The notes under the pieces are model-generated. The model saw nothing but the letters and a program-made list of their open reading frames with translations, was not told the DNA's origin and did not search any database. Shown here in pieces: positions 17,206 to 25,870 of a stretch of 38,466 nt of DNA. Numbering within the stretch: position 1 is the stretch's first letter; every line of letters starts with the position of its first letter. The stretch is from Smithellaceae bacterium (lineage in GTDB: Bacteria > Desulfobacterota > Syntrophia > Syntrophales > Smithellaceae). The translations under genes and the position numbers were made by a program. The stretch is taken from positions 1 through 38,466 of the forward strand of contig JAQVQT010000001.1 of the NCBI GenBank assembly GCA_028701435.1. Reading direction: 5' to 3'.

Positions 17206-20172
17206 CTACGAGGCCGCCGCGTGGTCTTCGGCTTTTTCAACGCCGATTTCTTCGCTCAGCCGCTCCGCCAGCCGGTCCATTTTCATCCGGCGTGATCCTT
17301 TGACCAGAACCCAGTCGCCTTTGCGCAGCTTCCTTTTTAAAAAAGCCACGGTTTCCTCATCGTCCTGCAAAAACAGAATCCGTTCCTCGGCCAGCCCGCC
17401 TTCCCGCGCGCCAGCGGCGGTCGCCCGCGCAAAATCCCCCTGAAGAAAAACCGCCGCCACCCCGATGGTCGCCAACAACAGGCCGATCTTGCGGTGCATC
17501 TCCGGCGCGGCGTCGCCCAGTTCCAGCATATCGCCCAGCAGCACGAAAGCGTTGTGCGAATTCATCAGATCCCTGAGCGTCAGCAGGGCCTCCCGCACGG
17601 ATGCGGGATTGGCATTGTAGGCGTCATTGATCAGATATGCGCCGTTTTGCAGCCGGAGGATCTCCATGCGCCCGCCGACCGGCTGAAACATCGACAGACC
17701 CCGCCGGATCGATTCGGCCCCGGTACCGCAGGCCAATGCCGCCGCGGCCGCCGCCATCGCATTGTAAATGTTATGGAGGCCCGCAACTTTCATATCCACC
17801 TTGTGCGCCTGCCCGTTCATCAGAAGATGAAAACTCACCCCCCGGGCGCCGTTTCTGCGGATGTCGTTCACGCCGACATCGGCGCCGGCGCTCATGCTGA
17901 AGGTCACGCGCCGCCCGGACCATCGATCGGCCGCCTGCCGCACCGCCTCATCGTCCAGATTCACGACGGCGACGCCTGCCGAATCCATGTGCAGCCATAA
18001 ATCGCCTTTCTCCTCCCGCACGGTCTCCACCGAGCCGAATCCCGCCAGATGGGCGGGGCCGACATTGGTGACAAGGCCGATGTCCGGCGAGGCGATTTGC
18101 GTCAGCCTTTTGATTTCGCCGCGCGTGTTGGTGCCCATTTCAAGGACGGCCACATCGTGCCGGTCCGTCAGCCGGAAAAGCGTCTGCGGAAGGCCGATCA
18201 GATTGTTCAGGTTCCCCTCCGTGTGGAGAACCGTTTTTTCCTGCCGCAGAATCGAGGACAGCATTTCACGGGTGGTGGTCTTTCCCGACGACCCGGTCAG
18301 CGCGATGACGGGAATGGAAAAGCGCAGCCGGTGCGCGTGGGCCAGATCTCCCAGCGCCCGCAGCGTGTCCTTCGCTTCAACCACGCCGACCCGCTGATGG
18401 ATCGTTTCCGCATTGATGTTGCCTGCATCGGCCACCAGGACGCAGTCGGCTCCTTCTTCCACGGCCTTTGCAACAAAGGTGTGTCCGTCAAAATTCTCCC
18501 CGGCAAGGGCGACAAAAAGATTGCCGGGACGGATCTGTCTGGAATCGGTGGAAATCCCGTAAACGGTTTGATCGCCGTCTCCCGCCGCCAGGCGTCCGCC
18601 GGTCGCTTCCACCACCTCGGCCAGCGAAAACGCCGGAGACATCCGCCCCGAAAACTTCAACCGCAAAGCCTTTGCGGCAACCAGCCTATCGTCAAACGGC
18701 ACTTTTTTCGTTCCCAGAATCTGATAATCTTCATGGCCTTTGCCGGCAATCAGGATGATGTCCTGCGGTTCGGCAATCCGGACGGCGGCTTCGATTGCGG
18801 CTCTCCGGTCGGCCAGCACCGCATAGGCATGCAGGGCGGCGTCAAATTCCAGGCACTCCGGCGATACATTTCTTGTTTTCTCCCCGTCGATCCCCGCTTC
18901 AATTTCACGGATAATCTCCAGTGGATCTTCACGCCTGGGATTGTCGGACGTGACAATCGTCAGGTCGCTCCAGGTCGTCGCGATGTCTCCCATCATCGGC
19001 CTTTTGGCGCGGTCGCGATTGCCGCCGCAGCCGAAAACCGTCAGGATTCTTTTTTGCTTCAACCCGTGCAGATTCCGAAGCACCTGCTCCAGGGCATCCG
19101 GCTTGTGGGCGTAATCGACAAAAACATGAACGCCACCCGAAGGAACGACCCTTTCCAGGCGGCCGGGAACAAAAGACAGGTTTTGAATGCCTGCCGCAAT
19201 GTCCTGAGGCCCCGCCCCCAGAACCGACGCGGCGGCGGATGCGGCCAGAATATTGGACAGGTTGAATGCGCCGATCAGCCCGGAGGACACCGGTATTTTT
19301 TTCCCGTTCAGACGGATGTCCGCCTGAATGCCGCGCAGCGAAACGACTGCGTTCTCCACGCTCACCCCGCCGGCATTTTCCAGACCGTAGGACAGAGCCG
19401 GAACGGAAATTTCGCCGATCAGCCGGCGCCCCCGGGGATCGTCCACGTTAATCACGGCTTTACACGGAAGGTTTTTCCGGCTTTGGGGCAACAGCTCGGC
19501 AAACAACCTTTTTTTTGCCCGGAAATAGTCTTCCATGTCTTTGTGGTAGTCCAGATGCTCCGGGCTGAGATTGGTAAAAACAGCCAGGTCAAAGTCGCAG
19601 TCGTCAACCCTCTTCAGATCCAGCGCGTGCGACGAGATCTCGGCAATCACATGCGTGACACCGGCGCCCGCCATCTCGCTCAGAATTCTCTGCATGTCAT
19701 AAGATTCCGGTGTCGTGTTCGGAGCGGGAAAGGATTTGCCGTTGTAGCGGTAATTGATGGTTCCCAGAACGCCGCAGCGAAAACCGGCGGCCGTCAGAAT
19801 GGATTCCAGCAGATAGGACACGGTGGTCTTCCCGCTGGTCCCCGTGATGCCGATCAGCGTCAGTCGGGAGGATGGGTCGCCAAAATAATTTTTTGCGAGC
19901 GTGCCCAGCGCGCGGCGGCTGTCGGATACTTGAATGGCCGTGACCCCGTCGGGAACCTCGATGTCTTTCTGATGAACAACAAAACGCGCGCCCCGCTCGA
20001 TGGCCCGGCCGATAAAATGGTGGCCGTCAAAGGCAAGGCCCGGAATCGCGACAAAGAGCGACCCCGGGCCGCACGCCTCTGCGACATAGCAAATCGATGA
20101 AACATCGCCTTCCGGATCCGTTTCCGTCCGGACCGTCCGAACTCCCTGCAGTAATTGACGAAGCTTCATCAT
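17206..20172 (-). CDS. murE/murF: fused MurE-MurF: UDP-MurNAc-L-Ala-D-Glu--meso-DAP ligase joined to UDP-MurNAc-tripeptide--D-Ala-D-Ala ligase
   Basis: A single uninterrupted 988-codon frame. The MurE half (about 18643-20172) has [19 protein letters not shown] and DNPR. The MurF half (17206-18642) starts at a retained Met511 ([16 protein letters not shown]) and has a second P-loop [10 protein letters not shown] plus [10 protein letters not shown]. Confidence 0.9.
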   Translation of the reverse strand: MMKLRQLLQGVRTVRTETDPEGDVSSICYVAEACGPGSLFVAIPGLAFDGHHFIGRAIERGARFVVHQKDIEVPDGVTAIQVSDSRRALGTLAKNYFGDPSSRLTLIGITGTSGKTTVSYLLESILTAAGFRCGVLGTINYRYNGKSFPAPNTTPESYDMQRILSEMAGAGVTHVIAEISSHALDLKRVDDCDFDLAVFTNLSPEHLDYHKDMEDYFRAKKRLFAELLPQSRKNLPCKAVINVDDPRGRRLIGEISVPALSYGLENAGGVSVENAVVSLRGIQADIRLNGKKIPVSSGLIGAFNLSNILAASAAASVLGAGPQDIAAGIQNLSFVPGRLERVVPSGGVHVFVDYAHKPDALEQVLRNLHGLKQKRILTVFGCGGNRDRAKRPMMGDIATTWSDLTIVTSDNPRREDPLEIIREIEAGIDGEKTRNVSPECLEFDAALHAYAVLADRRAAIEAAVRIAEPQDIILIAGKGHEDYQILGTKKVPFDDRLVAAKALRLKFSGRMSPAFSLAEVVEATGGRLAAGDGDQTVYGISTDSRQIRPGNLFVALAGENFDGHTFVAKAVEEGADCVLVADAGNINAETIHQRVGVVEAKDTLRALGDLAHAHRLRFSIPVIALTGSSGKTTTREMLSSILRQEKTVLHTEGNLNNLIGLPQTLFRLTDRHDVAVLEMGTNTRGEIKRLTQIASPDIGLVTNVGPAHLAGFGSVETVREEKGDLWLHMDSAGVAVVNLDDEAVRQAADRWSGRRVTFSMSAGADVGVNDIRRNGARGVSFHLLMNGQAHKVDMKVAGLHNIYNAMAAAAAALACGTGAESIRRGLSMFQPVGGRMEILRLQNGAYLINDAYNANPASVREALLTLRDLMNSHNAFVLLGDMLELGDAAPEMHRKIGLLLATIGVAAVFLQGDFARATAAGAREGGLAEERILFLQDDEETVAFLKRKLRKGDWVLVKGSRRMKMDRLAERLSEEIGVEKAEDHAAAS

Positions 20173-20175
20173 CCC

Positions 20176-22170
20176 TCAGTTCTTCATCTCAAAAAAAACT
20201 TTGCACAGCCGATCCTCGCCCAGATCCGAACCGGGCGCGGGAACCTGCTTGGTCGCCCAGCCGTTGCCGGATACCCGAAGCTCTATCGACCGGGACCTCG
20301 CCATTTTCAACGCCTCGCGAAGGGTCAATCCTTTAAAATCCGGCATGCGGGATTCATCGTCGATCTCATTGCCCTCAGCCGCCAAATCCTCCATCAGGGA
20401 AGCATCCGCCGAAACCAACTGCAGATCATGGACCGGTTGGGGTTCAAACGCCGGTGTTTCGCGAATGTTCGTCTTGAAGCAGTTGAGAATCTGCTCGCCG
20501 ATGTTTTTAAACACCGGGGCAGCGGCCACGCCCCCCCATTTGTCTCGCTGCGGTTCATCCAGCATGACCAGAATCACCACCTGCGGATTATCCGAGGGGA
20601 AAAATCCGATAAACGACGTCCGCACCTTCTCCGAGGAGTAAGCGCCCCGCTTAAAATCATATTTTTGCGCTGTCCCGGTTTTTCCGGCTACGGCGACATT
20701 CATAATATGGGCTCTCTTTCCCGTGCCGTCTTCGGCTCCGACCACATCGGTCAGCATGATTGCCATGCGCCTGGCCGTATCGGGAGAAAGCACCCGGTGC
20801 ACGGTCTCCGGAGCGAACATCTTGACGGGCTGGTTGTTTTTATCGGTGAACCCTTTCACGACATAGGGTTTCATGAGAACGCCTCCGTTGGCAATCGACG
20901 ACAGCGCGGTGATGAGCTGAATGGCGGTGACCGAAATGCCCTGCCCGAAGCCGATGTTGGTCGTATCCACCCTCGTCCAGCTCCTGACGGGCCGCAAGAC
21001 ACCCGCTGCCTCGCCCGCTAAATCAATTCCCGTCCGGGAACCGAACCCGAATTTTTTAATGTACGAATAAAACTTTTCCCGGCCGAGCTTCTCCGCGATT
21101 TTCGCGGAGCCGATATTGCTGGAGTACTTAAGGATGTCCCGCACGGCCAGATAACCATGCTTCTTGTGATTGGCTTCCCGAATCACCCGATTGGCGACCT
21201 GATAATGCCCGTTCTCACAGTAAAAACGGTCCGACTCTTTGACGACCTTTTCTTCCAGGGCGGCGGCGACCAGAAAGGGCTTAAAAGTGGACCCGGGATC
21301 AAAGGAATCGGTGATGGCGCGGTTTCGCCAGGCCTCCGACGTCAGCCCTTTGATGTTGTTGGGATTGAATCCTTTTTCATTGGCCATCGCCAGAATCTCT
21401 CCCGTTTTCGGGTCCATGACAATCACGACGCCGCCTTTCGCTCCCTTCTCCAAAACGGCTTCCTTCAGATGCGTCTCCGCCAGATACTGGATTCGGCTGT
21501 CAATGGTCAGCACCAGATTGGCGCTCCCGCTTTTGGCGGAAGGATTATGTTCGACGTGCACAAAGAGTTTTTTGCCCTTGGCGTCCCTGGCCCAGGTCAG
21601 TTTTTCCGGCGTTCCCCGCAAATAGGTCTCATATTTTTTTTCCAGTCCCTCCAGTCCCTCGGCGTCAAAGCCGGAAAACCCGATCAAATGCGCCGCCAAC
21701 TGTCCGTTCGGATAAAAACGCTTCGGTTCCTTGATTAGAAAAATTCCTTCCAGGTTTGCGGATTCAACCATCAGCGCCTGCTGGGAAGAAATTTTTCTGG
21801 CCAGCCAGCAGAAGCTCTTCGGCTCCGAAATCTTTTTCAGCACGGCCGACGAATCCAGATTCAAAATGGAAGCAATCTCCCGGGACACTTTCGTCCGATC
21901 ACTGATCCTTGTCGGGTCCGCGCATACGGAGTCTGCCAGCACCGACATGGCCAGTTTTTCGCCGTTGCGGTCATAAATCATGCCTCTTTCGGAATGAATG
22001 GGAATCGTGGTGATGTGCTGGCGAACGGCCAGTTGCTTCAATTTCTCACCGGACAAAACCTGCAGCTGAAAAGCGCGGGACAACAGTGCGATGAACAGAA
22101 TCAAAAAAATCGCCAAAATGCTGGCCAGCCGGAATTTCAGCCATTTTTTTGAGTCTGCCGCCATGGTCAC
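20176..22170 (-). CDS. ftsI: class B penicillin-binding protein FtsI (PBP3) with a C-terminal PASTA domain
   Basis: It has an N-terminal TM segment and transpeptidase motifs STFK (GSTFKP), SSN and KTGT. The C-terminal 56 aa (MPDFKGLTLREALKMARS...GWATKQVPAPGSDLGEDRLCKVFF) fit the PASTA pattern. Confidence 0.93.
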   Translation of the reverse strand: MTMAADSKKWLKFRLASILAIFLILFIALLSRAFQLQVLSGEKLKQLAVRQHITTIPIHSERGMIYDRNGEKLAMSVLADSVCADPTRISDRTKVSREIASILNLDSSAVLKKISEPKSFCWLARKISSQQALMVESANLEGIFLIKEPKRFYPNGQLAAHLIGFSGFDAEGLEGLEKKYETYLRGTPEKLTWARDAKGKKLFVHVEHNPSAKSGSANLVLTIDSRIQYLAETHLKEAVLEKGAKGGVVIVMDPKTGEILAMANEKGFNPNNIKGLTSEAWRNRAITDSFDPGSTFKPFLVAAALEEKVVKESDRFYCENGHYQVANRVIREANHKKHGYLAVRDILKYSSNIGSAKIAEKLGREKFYSYIKKFGFGSRTGIDLAGEAAGVLRPVRSWTRVDTTNIGFGQGISVTAIQLITALSSIANGGVLMKPYVVKGFTDKNNQPVKMFAPETVHRVLSPDTARRMAIMLTDVVGAEDGTGKRAHIMNVAVAGKTGTAQKYDFKRGAYSSEKVRTSFIGFFPSDNPQVVILVMLDEPQRDKWGGVAAAPVFKNIGEQILNCFKTNIRETPAFEPQPVHDLQLVSADASLMEDLAAEGNEIDDESRMPDFKGLTLREALKMARSRSIELRVSGNGWATKQVPAPGSDLGEDRLCKVFFEMKN

Positions 22171-22514
22171 TTCCTTGTTTGCCTTAAAACAATCACCTGA
22201 TCCGCCGTGGGATAGGTCATCTGCAGCTCCGTCCGGGCAATGTCTTCAATTCTCTGCGGCGATTTGAGCATCGCCAGTTCCAGCTTCAATCTTTTCTGTT
22301 CTTCCAGTAAATTTTCTTTGGCGTTCAATGCCGCGGCAACATCATATTCCATTTGGGTCATCCGGATGTGTGAACCGACATAGATTACCGCGACAAACAT
22401 GATGACCAGCGCCACGACGATAAAGGTCGGATACTTCACGCCGAAGGAAGCGGCTTCGGCTTCCTTCAGGGGCCGACCCTGTGCAATAGCCTGTGTTCCT
22501 GCTGTCTGCGCCAT
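22167..22514 (-). CDS. ftsL: cell division protein FtsL
   Basis: 115 aa with one TM segment (TFIVVALVIMFVAVIYV), then a coiled coil (LLEEQKRLKLELAMLKSPQRIEDIAR). It sits between rsmH and ftsI and overlaps ftsI by 4 bp. Confidence 0.75.
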   Translation of the reverse strand: MAQTAGTQAIAQGRPLKEAEAASFGVKYPTFIVVALVIMFVAVIYVGSHIRMTQMEYDVAAALNAKENLLEEQKRLKLELAMLKSPQRIEDIARTELQMTYPTADQVIVLRQTRK

Positions 22515-22515
22515 C

Positions 22516-23457
22516 TTAAAGCCTCTCTGCCACGCGCAATTTTGCGCTGCGGGCCCGCGGGTTTCTCCGGATTTCCTCCGGAGAAGGCGTCACCGCTTTG
22601 CGGGTTAAAACTTTTACAACGGCCTGTTTGTGACAGATACAGTAGGGAATATCTTTGGGGCAGACACAGGCCGCCGCCAGGTCAAGAAAGGTATGCTTCA
22701 CGATCCGGTCCTCCAGGGAGTGAAACGAAATCACCCCCAGGCGGCCGCCGGCCGAAAGGGCGGCGACGGCGGCTTCAATGCCCGGAACAATGACCTCCAG
22801 TTCGCGGTTGACGGCAATCCGGATCGCCTGAAAAGTTCGCGTGGCGGGATGAATTTTCTGATGCTTCATGCTTTGCGGCATCACCTGCACGATCAGCTGC
22901 GCCAGTTCCGCCGTGGTTTCGATCGGCGAAGCCTGCCTTCTTCTGACGATTGCCCTGGCGATTCTCGCAGCCATCTTTTCTTCTCCGTACAACCGGATCA
23001 CCTTTTCCAGTTCGGACGGTGTGAAACTATTGACAATGTCATAAGCGCGAAGCGTTTCATCCCGGTCCATTCGCATATCCAGCGGCGCCGACTGGCCAAA
23101 ACTGAACCCTCTGTGCGCCGCATCCAGTTGATGAGAGGAAACCCCCAAATCCAAAATCACACCGTCTACTTTTTCAATGTCGAGCCCGCCCAGCACAGAG
23201 GCCAGATCGGCAAAGTTCCCCTTGACGAGCGTGACGCGCGATTGAAAAGGTTCCAGCCTTTGCCGCGCGGCCAGGATCGCTTCCGCATCCCGGTCGATCC
23301 CGATCAGGCGCGCCCGGGTGTTCTCCAGGATCGCGAGGGCGTGCCCTCCCCCGCCAATCGTGCCGTCCACATAGACGCCGGTTTTATTTCCCGCCAGCCA
23401 GGACAGCACTTCCTCTCGCATCACCGGCTCATGAGCAAAACCGGTCATCATGGTCAT
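22516..23457 (-). CDS. rsmH: 16S rRNA (cytosine1402-N4)-methyltransferase RsmH
   Basis: Supported by [32 protein letters not shown] and [11 protein letters not shown]. Confidence 0.95.
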   Translation of the reverse strand: MTMMTGFAHEPVMREEVLSWLAGNKTGVYVDGTIGGGGHALAILENTRARLIGIDRDAEAILAARQRLEPFQSRVTLVKGNFADLASVLGGLDIEKVDGVILDLGVSSHQLDAAHRGFSFGQSAPLDMRMDRDETLRAYDIVNSFTPSELEKVIRLYGEEKMAARIARAIVRRRQASPIETTAELAQLIVQVMPQSMKHQKIHPATRTFQAIRIAVNRELEVIVPGIEAAVAALSAGGRLGVISFHSLEDRIVKHTFLDLAAACVCPKDIPYCICHKQAVVKVLTRKAVTPSPEEIRRNPRARSAKLRVAERL

Positions 23458-23900
23458 ATCCCCAGATCAGCCATGTAGTCGCTGAACTGGTTGATTTCTC
23501 CGCCGGCTTTTTTCATCTCCGCTTCAAACCGGTCTTTGGACCAGATCTCGATCACCCGGATCATTCCGGCCAGAATAATTTCTTTTTCCAGATTGGCATA
23601 TTCGCGAAGCGCGGGAGGGATCAGCACACGGCCCTGATTATCGAGGATGCAATCCACCGCCCCCGACATGAAAAAGCGCTGAAACGAACGCACTTCCTTG
23701 CGAAGGATGGATTGATGCGATATTTTTTCCTCGATGATGCGCCATTCGTCAAAAGGAAAAACCATCAGGTATCCATCCCAGTTGGTAATGACCATGCGGT
23801 TGTCATACTTATCCGCAAACAATTCTCGAAACCGGGACGGGAAAATAATTCTTCCCTTTTCGTCGATAGTGTGGTGATATTGCCCACGAAATACGGACAT
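23454..23900 (-). CDS. mraZ: transcriptional regulator MraZ
   Basis: This is track ORF 23454-23927. The start is placed at ATG 23900 ([21 protein letters not shown]), which has GGAGG 6 nt upstream. There are two SpoVT/AbrB-like halves, the second containing [13 protein letters not shown]. Confidence 0.93.
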   Translation of the reverse strand: MSVFRGQYHHTIDEKGRIIFPSRFRELFADKYDNRMVITNWDGYLMVFPFDEWRIIEEKISHQSILRKEVRSFQRFFMSGAVDCILDNQGRVLIPPALREYANLEKEIILAGMIRVIEIWSKDRFEAEMKKAGGEINQFSDYMADLGI

Positions 23901-23913
23901 CACGTCCTCCCCT

Positions 23914-23937
23914 CCACAATAAGCCACTTTGCTCCAC
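23914..23937 (-). promoter_or_regulatory. three direct GTGG-core repeats at exact 10-bp spacing; candidate MraZ operator
   Basis: The minus strand reads AGTGGAGCAA AGTGGCTTAT TGTGGAGGGG. On the plus strand, CCAC occurs at 23914-17, 23924-27 and 23934-37. The repeats lie between the -10 hexamer and the mraZ ATG. Confidence 0.5.
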
Positions 23938-23944
23938 TGGCCCG

Positions 23945-23973
23945 ACTATAAAGAGGGAAAATTGCTTTGTCAA
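23945..23973 (-). promoter_or_regulatory. sigma70-type promoter of the dcw cluster: TTGACA-N17-TATAGT
   Basis: The -35 TTGACA is the reverse complement of 23968-23973. The -10 TATAGT is the reverse complement of 23945-23950, giving an exact 17-nt spacer. A 6-bp inverted repeat TTGCTT-N4-AAGCAA (23962-23977) overlaps the -35. Confidence 0.55.
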
Positions 23974-24183
23974 GCAAAAAGTGAATCTTTTTTGATAATC
24001 GAATAATTGAATATCACTGAGAAAATGGGGGAACATGCGCGTTGAAGCCTGCCGGTGTGCAAAATAAACCGTCCCGGGCCACAGCGGAAGAAAATGCAAC
24101 CCCCTCAAACGCAGAAGAAGCAAAACCTGAATTTTAATAATAATATTAATTATATTGTGAAGATAGCCACAGATGGACGTCTG

Positions 24184-25239
24184 CTACCGGATGGATTCGT
24201 CCGTCTTTTCTTCGCGGTTCGTCATATTGCGAAAACGGATGGTTGCGTCATTGTGGGCCATGAGCGACGACGAAAAGAAGTGGGTGCCGTCCCCCTTGGA
24301 TACAAAATAGAGATAATCCACCTTTGCGGGTTGAAGAACCGCCTGAAAAGAATCCAGCCCCGGACTGGCAATGGGCCCGGGCGGCAAACCGCGAATCAGA
24401 TAGGTATTGTATGGGGATTCCCGTTTATAATGGGATCTCTTCACCTTTCCCTTGAAATTCTTGAGGTCGTAAACCGCCGTCGGATCACACTGGAGCGGCA
24501 TCCCTTTTTTCAAACGATTGTAGAAAACGGCCGCAATCAGCGGCTTTTCCGCAGCATATCCGGATTCTTTTCCCACCAGCGACGCAAAGGTCACAAACTG
24601 ATTGGCATTCAGGCCTTTTTGCTCGGCCTGACGGATCATTTCCGGCGAGACCCTGCTCCGGAATCGTTCCACCATGATGCGCATGATCTGCCGCGTGGTC
24701 ATGGATCGATCCAGAAAATACGTATCGGGAAAGAGATACCCTTCCACTGAAGAACCCGGAATGCTCAGGGAGGATAAGAATTCCTCATTTTGCGACAAGG
24801 CAAAAAAATCCTTTTCGTTGATTAATTTGTATTCCATGAGACGCGAGGCAACCTGCGGAAGCGAACTGTCTTCGTAAATGGTTACACGATATTTTTTGAT
24901 GTCTCCATGAAGAAGCTTGTCCACCAGCTCGGAAGGAGAAATCGTTGCGGCAAATTCATACTCCCCGGCACGAACCGATCGGGCCCCTCCTTTCACCGTA
25001 ACCAGAACATGAAACAGGAACCGGTTTTGAACCAGATCGGCGCCATGGAGGTTCTGGATGACTTTCATCAAACTGGTGCCGGTCGGAATATCCACCACAA
25101 CGGTTTTTTCTTTCGCCGAATGAATCGGCGTTACGGCATAGATGAACAGGAAGGCGCCAAACACCACGGCCACAATGACCGGAAAAGATAAAATGTAGAA
25201 TATCATTTTGCTTCTTTTTGATTTCATGAGCCATTCCAT
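24184..25239 (-). CDS. mltG: endolytic murein transglycosylase MltG (YceG family)
   Basis: It has an N-terminal TM segment and the YceG-type motifs FASLVGKES, AAVFYNRLKKGMPLQCDPTAVY and SPYNTYLIRGLPPGPIASPG. Confidence 0.9.
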   Translation of the reverse strand: MEWLMKSKRSKMIFYILSFPVIVAVVFGAFLFIYAVTPIHSAKEKTVVVDIPTGTSLMKVIQNLHGADLVQNRFLFHVLVTVKGGARSVRAGEYEFAATISPSELVDKLLHGDIKKYRVTIYEDSSLPQVASRLMEYKLINEKDFFALSQNEEFLSSLSIPGSSVEGYLFPDTYFLDRSMTTRQIMRIMVERFRSRVSPEMIRQAEQKGLNANQFVTFASLVGKESGYAAEKPLIAAVFYNRLKKGMPLQCDPTAVYDLKNFKGKVKRSHYKRESPYNTYLIRGLPPGPIASPGLDSFQAVLQPAKVDYLYFVSKGDGTHFFSSSLMAHNDATIRFRNMTNREEKTDESIR

Positions 25240-25281
25240 CCGCCAAACAACAGCGCAGCCGGCAGGCGAAATCCGGTGTTC

Positions 25282-25707
25282 TTACCCTTGTTCGCCTTTG
25301 CCGGCGTGGTCCAGATAATTTTGCAGAATCAGACAGGCCGCCAGTTGATCGACCTTTTCTTTCCTTTTCCGCCAGCGGACGCCGGCGGTCCGCAGAATGT
25401 CTTCCGCCTCTTTTGTGGTCAGGGTTTCAGGCCATTTCATCACCGGCAGCAGGCAGGTTTCAGTCAGCCATCGGGCAAACCGGTTGACTTTTTCACATTG
25501 AATGCCTTCCGAGCCGTTGATGCGCAGCGGATAGCCGATGACAATTTTCTGAACCGAGTAATCGAGGATGCACCGACGTAATATTTCCAAATCATTTTTC
25601 CTGGTTTTGCGAATCAGCGTGGGCAGCCCCTGGGCCGTCAGGCCCAACTCGTCGCTGACGGCCAAACCGATTCGCTTTTCACCATAATCCACACCCAGAA
25701 TGCGCAA
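25282..25707 (-). CDS. ruvX: YqgF/RuvX putative pre-16S rRNA nuclease (Holliday junction resolvase-like)
   Basis: 141 aa, beginning MRILGVDYGEKRIGLAVSD. The ruvX-mltG pairing is conserved. Confidence 0.9.
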   Translation of the reverse strand: MRILGVDYGEKRIGLAVSDELGLTAQGLPTLIRKTRKNDLEILRRCILDYSVQKIVIGYPLRINGSEGIQCEKVNRFARWLTETCLLPVMKWPETLTTKEAEDILRTAGVRWRKRKEKVDQLAACLILQNYLDHAGKGEQG

Positions 25708-25870
25708 AGATCACCTCTTGCTTGTTTTTCTAACAATTCCGCATTGCATTTTCAAGCAGTAAATCATGATCGTTCCGAAGGCACGGTTGCCTGTATAAAT
25801 ATCAGGTTGTTAAAATGATGGGAGTTTGTTATTTGAAGCTATCTTGAACAGCAAACCAGCGGGAAGAAAC

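Noticed and set aside
17193-17240. An upstream extension of MraY ([16 protein letters not shown]) overlapping the murF 3' end by 35 nt.
   Set aside because: Canonical MraY N-termini align with MIYEFLYPL at ATG 17192. The highly basic extension looks like out-of-frame murF sequence.
21642-21659. A tandem 9-bp duplication CCAGTCCCT x2 inside ftsI, encoding EGL-EGL.
   Set aside because: It is in frame, tiny, and located in a non-catalytic N-terminal module. It is most simply a neutral slippage duplication.
5328-23478. Many long ORFs lie antisense to the division and cell-wall genes: 5328-6383, 7063-8046, 8527-9519, 10482-11066, 12736-13710, 15374-16135, 16053-17153, 18049-20100, 20155-21021 and 22630-23478. 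The longest is 683 aa.
   Set aside because: Their translations are Arg/Gly/His/Pro/Gln-rich low-complexity strings with no recognisable motifs. Each lies opposite a CDS with unambiguous family signatures. This is the expected by-product of high GC at third codon positions.
24061-24087. CCGCTGTGGCCCGGGACGG followed by TTTATTTT (minus strand), considered as an mltG terminator.
   Set aside because: The GC-rich core is the loop-less palindrome CCCGGG. The best hairpin has only about 5 interrupted base pairs, which is not convincing.
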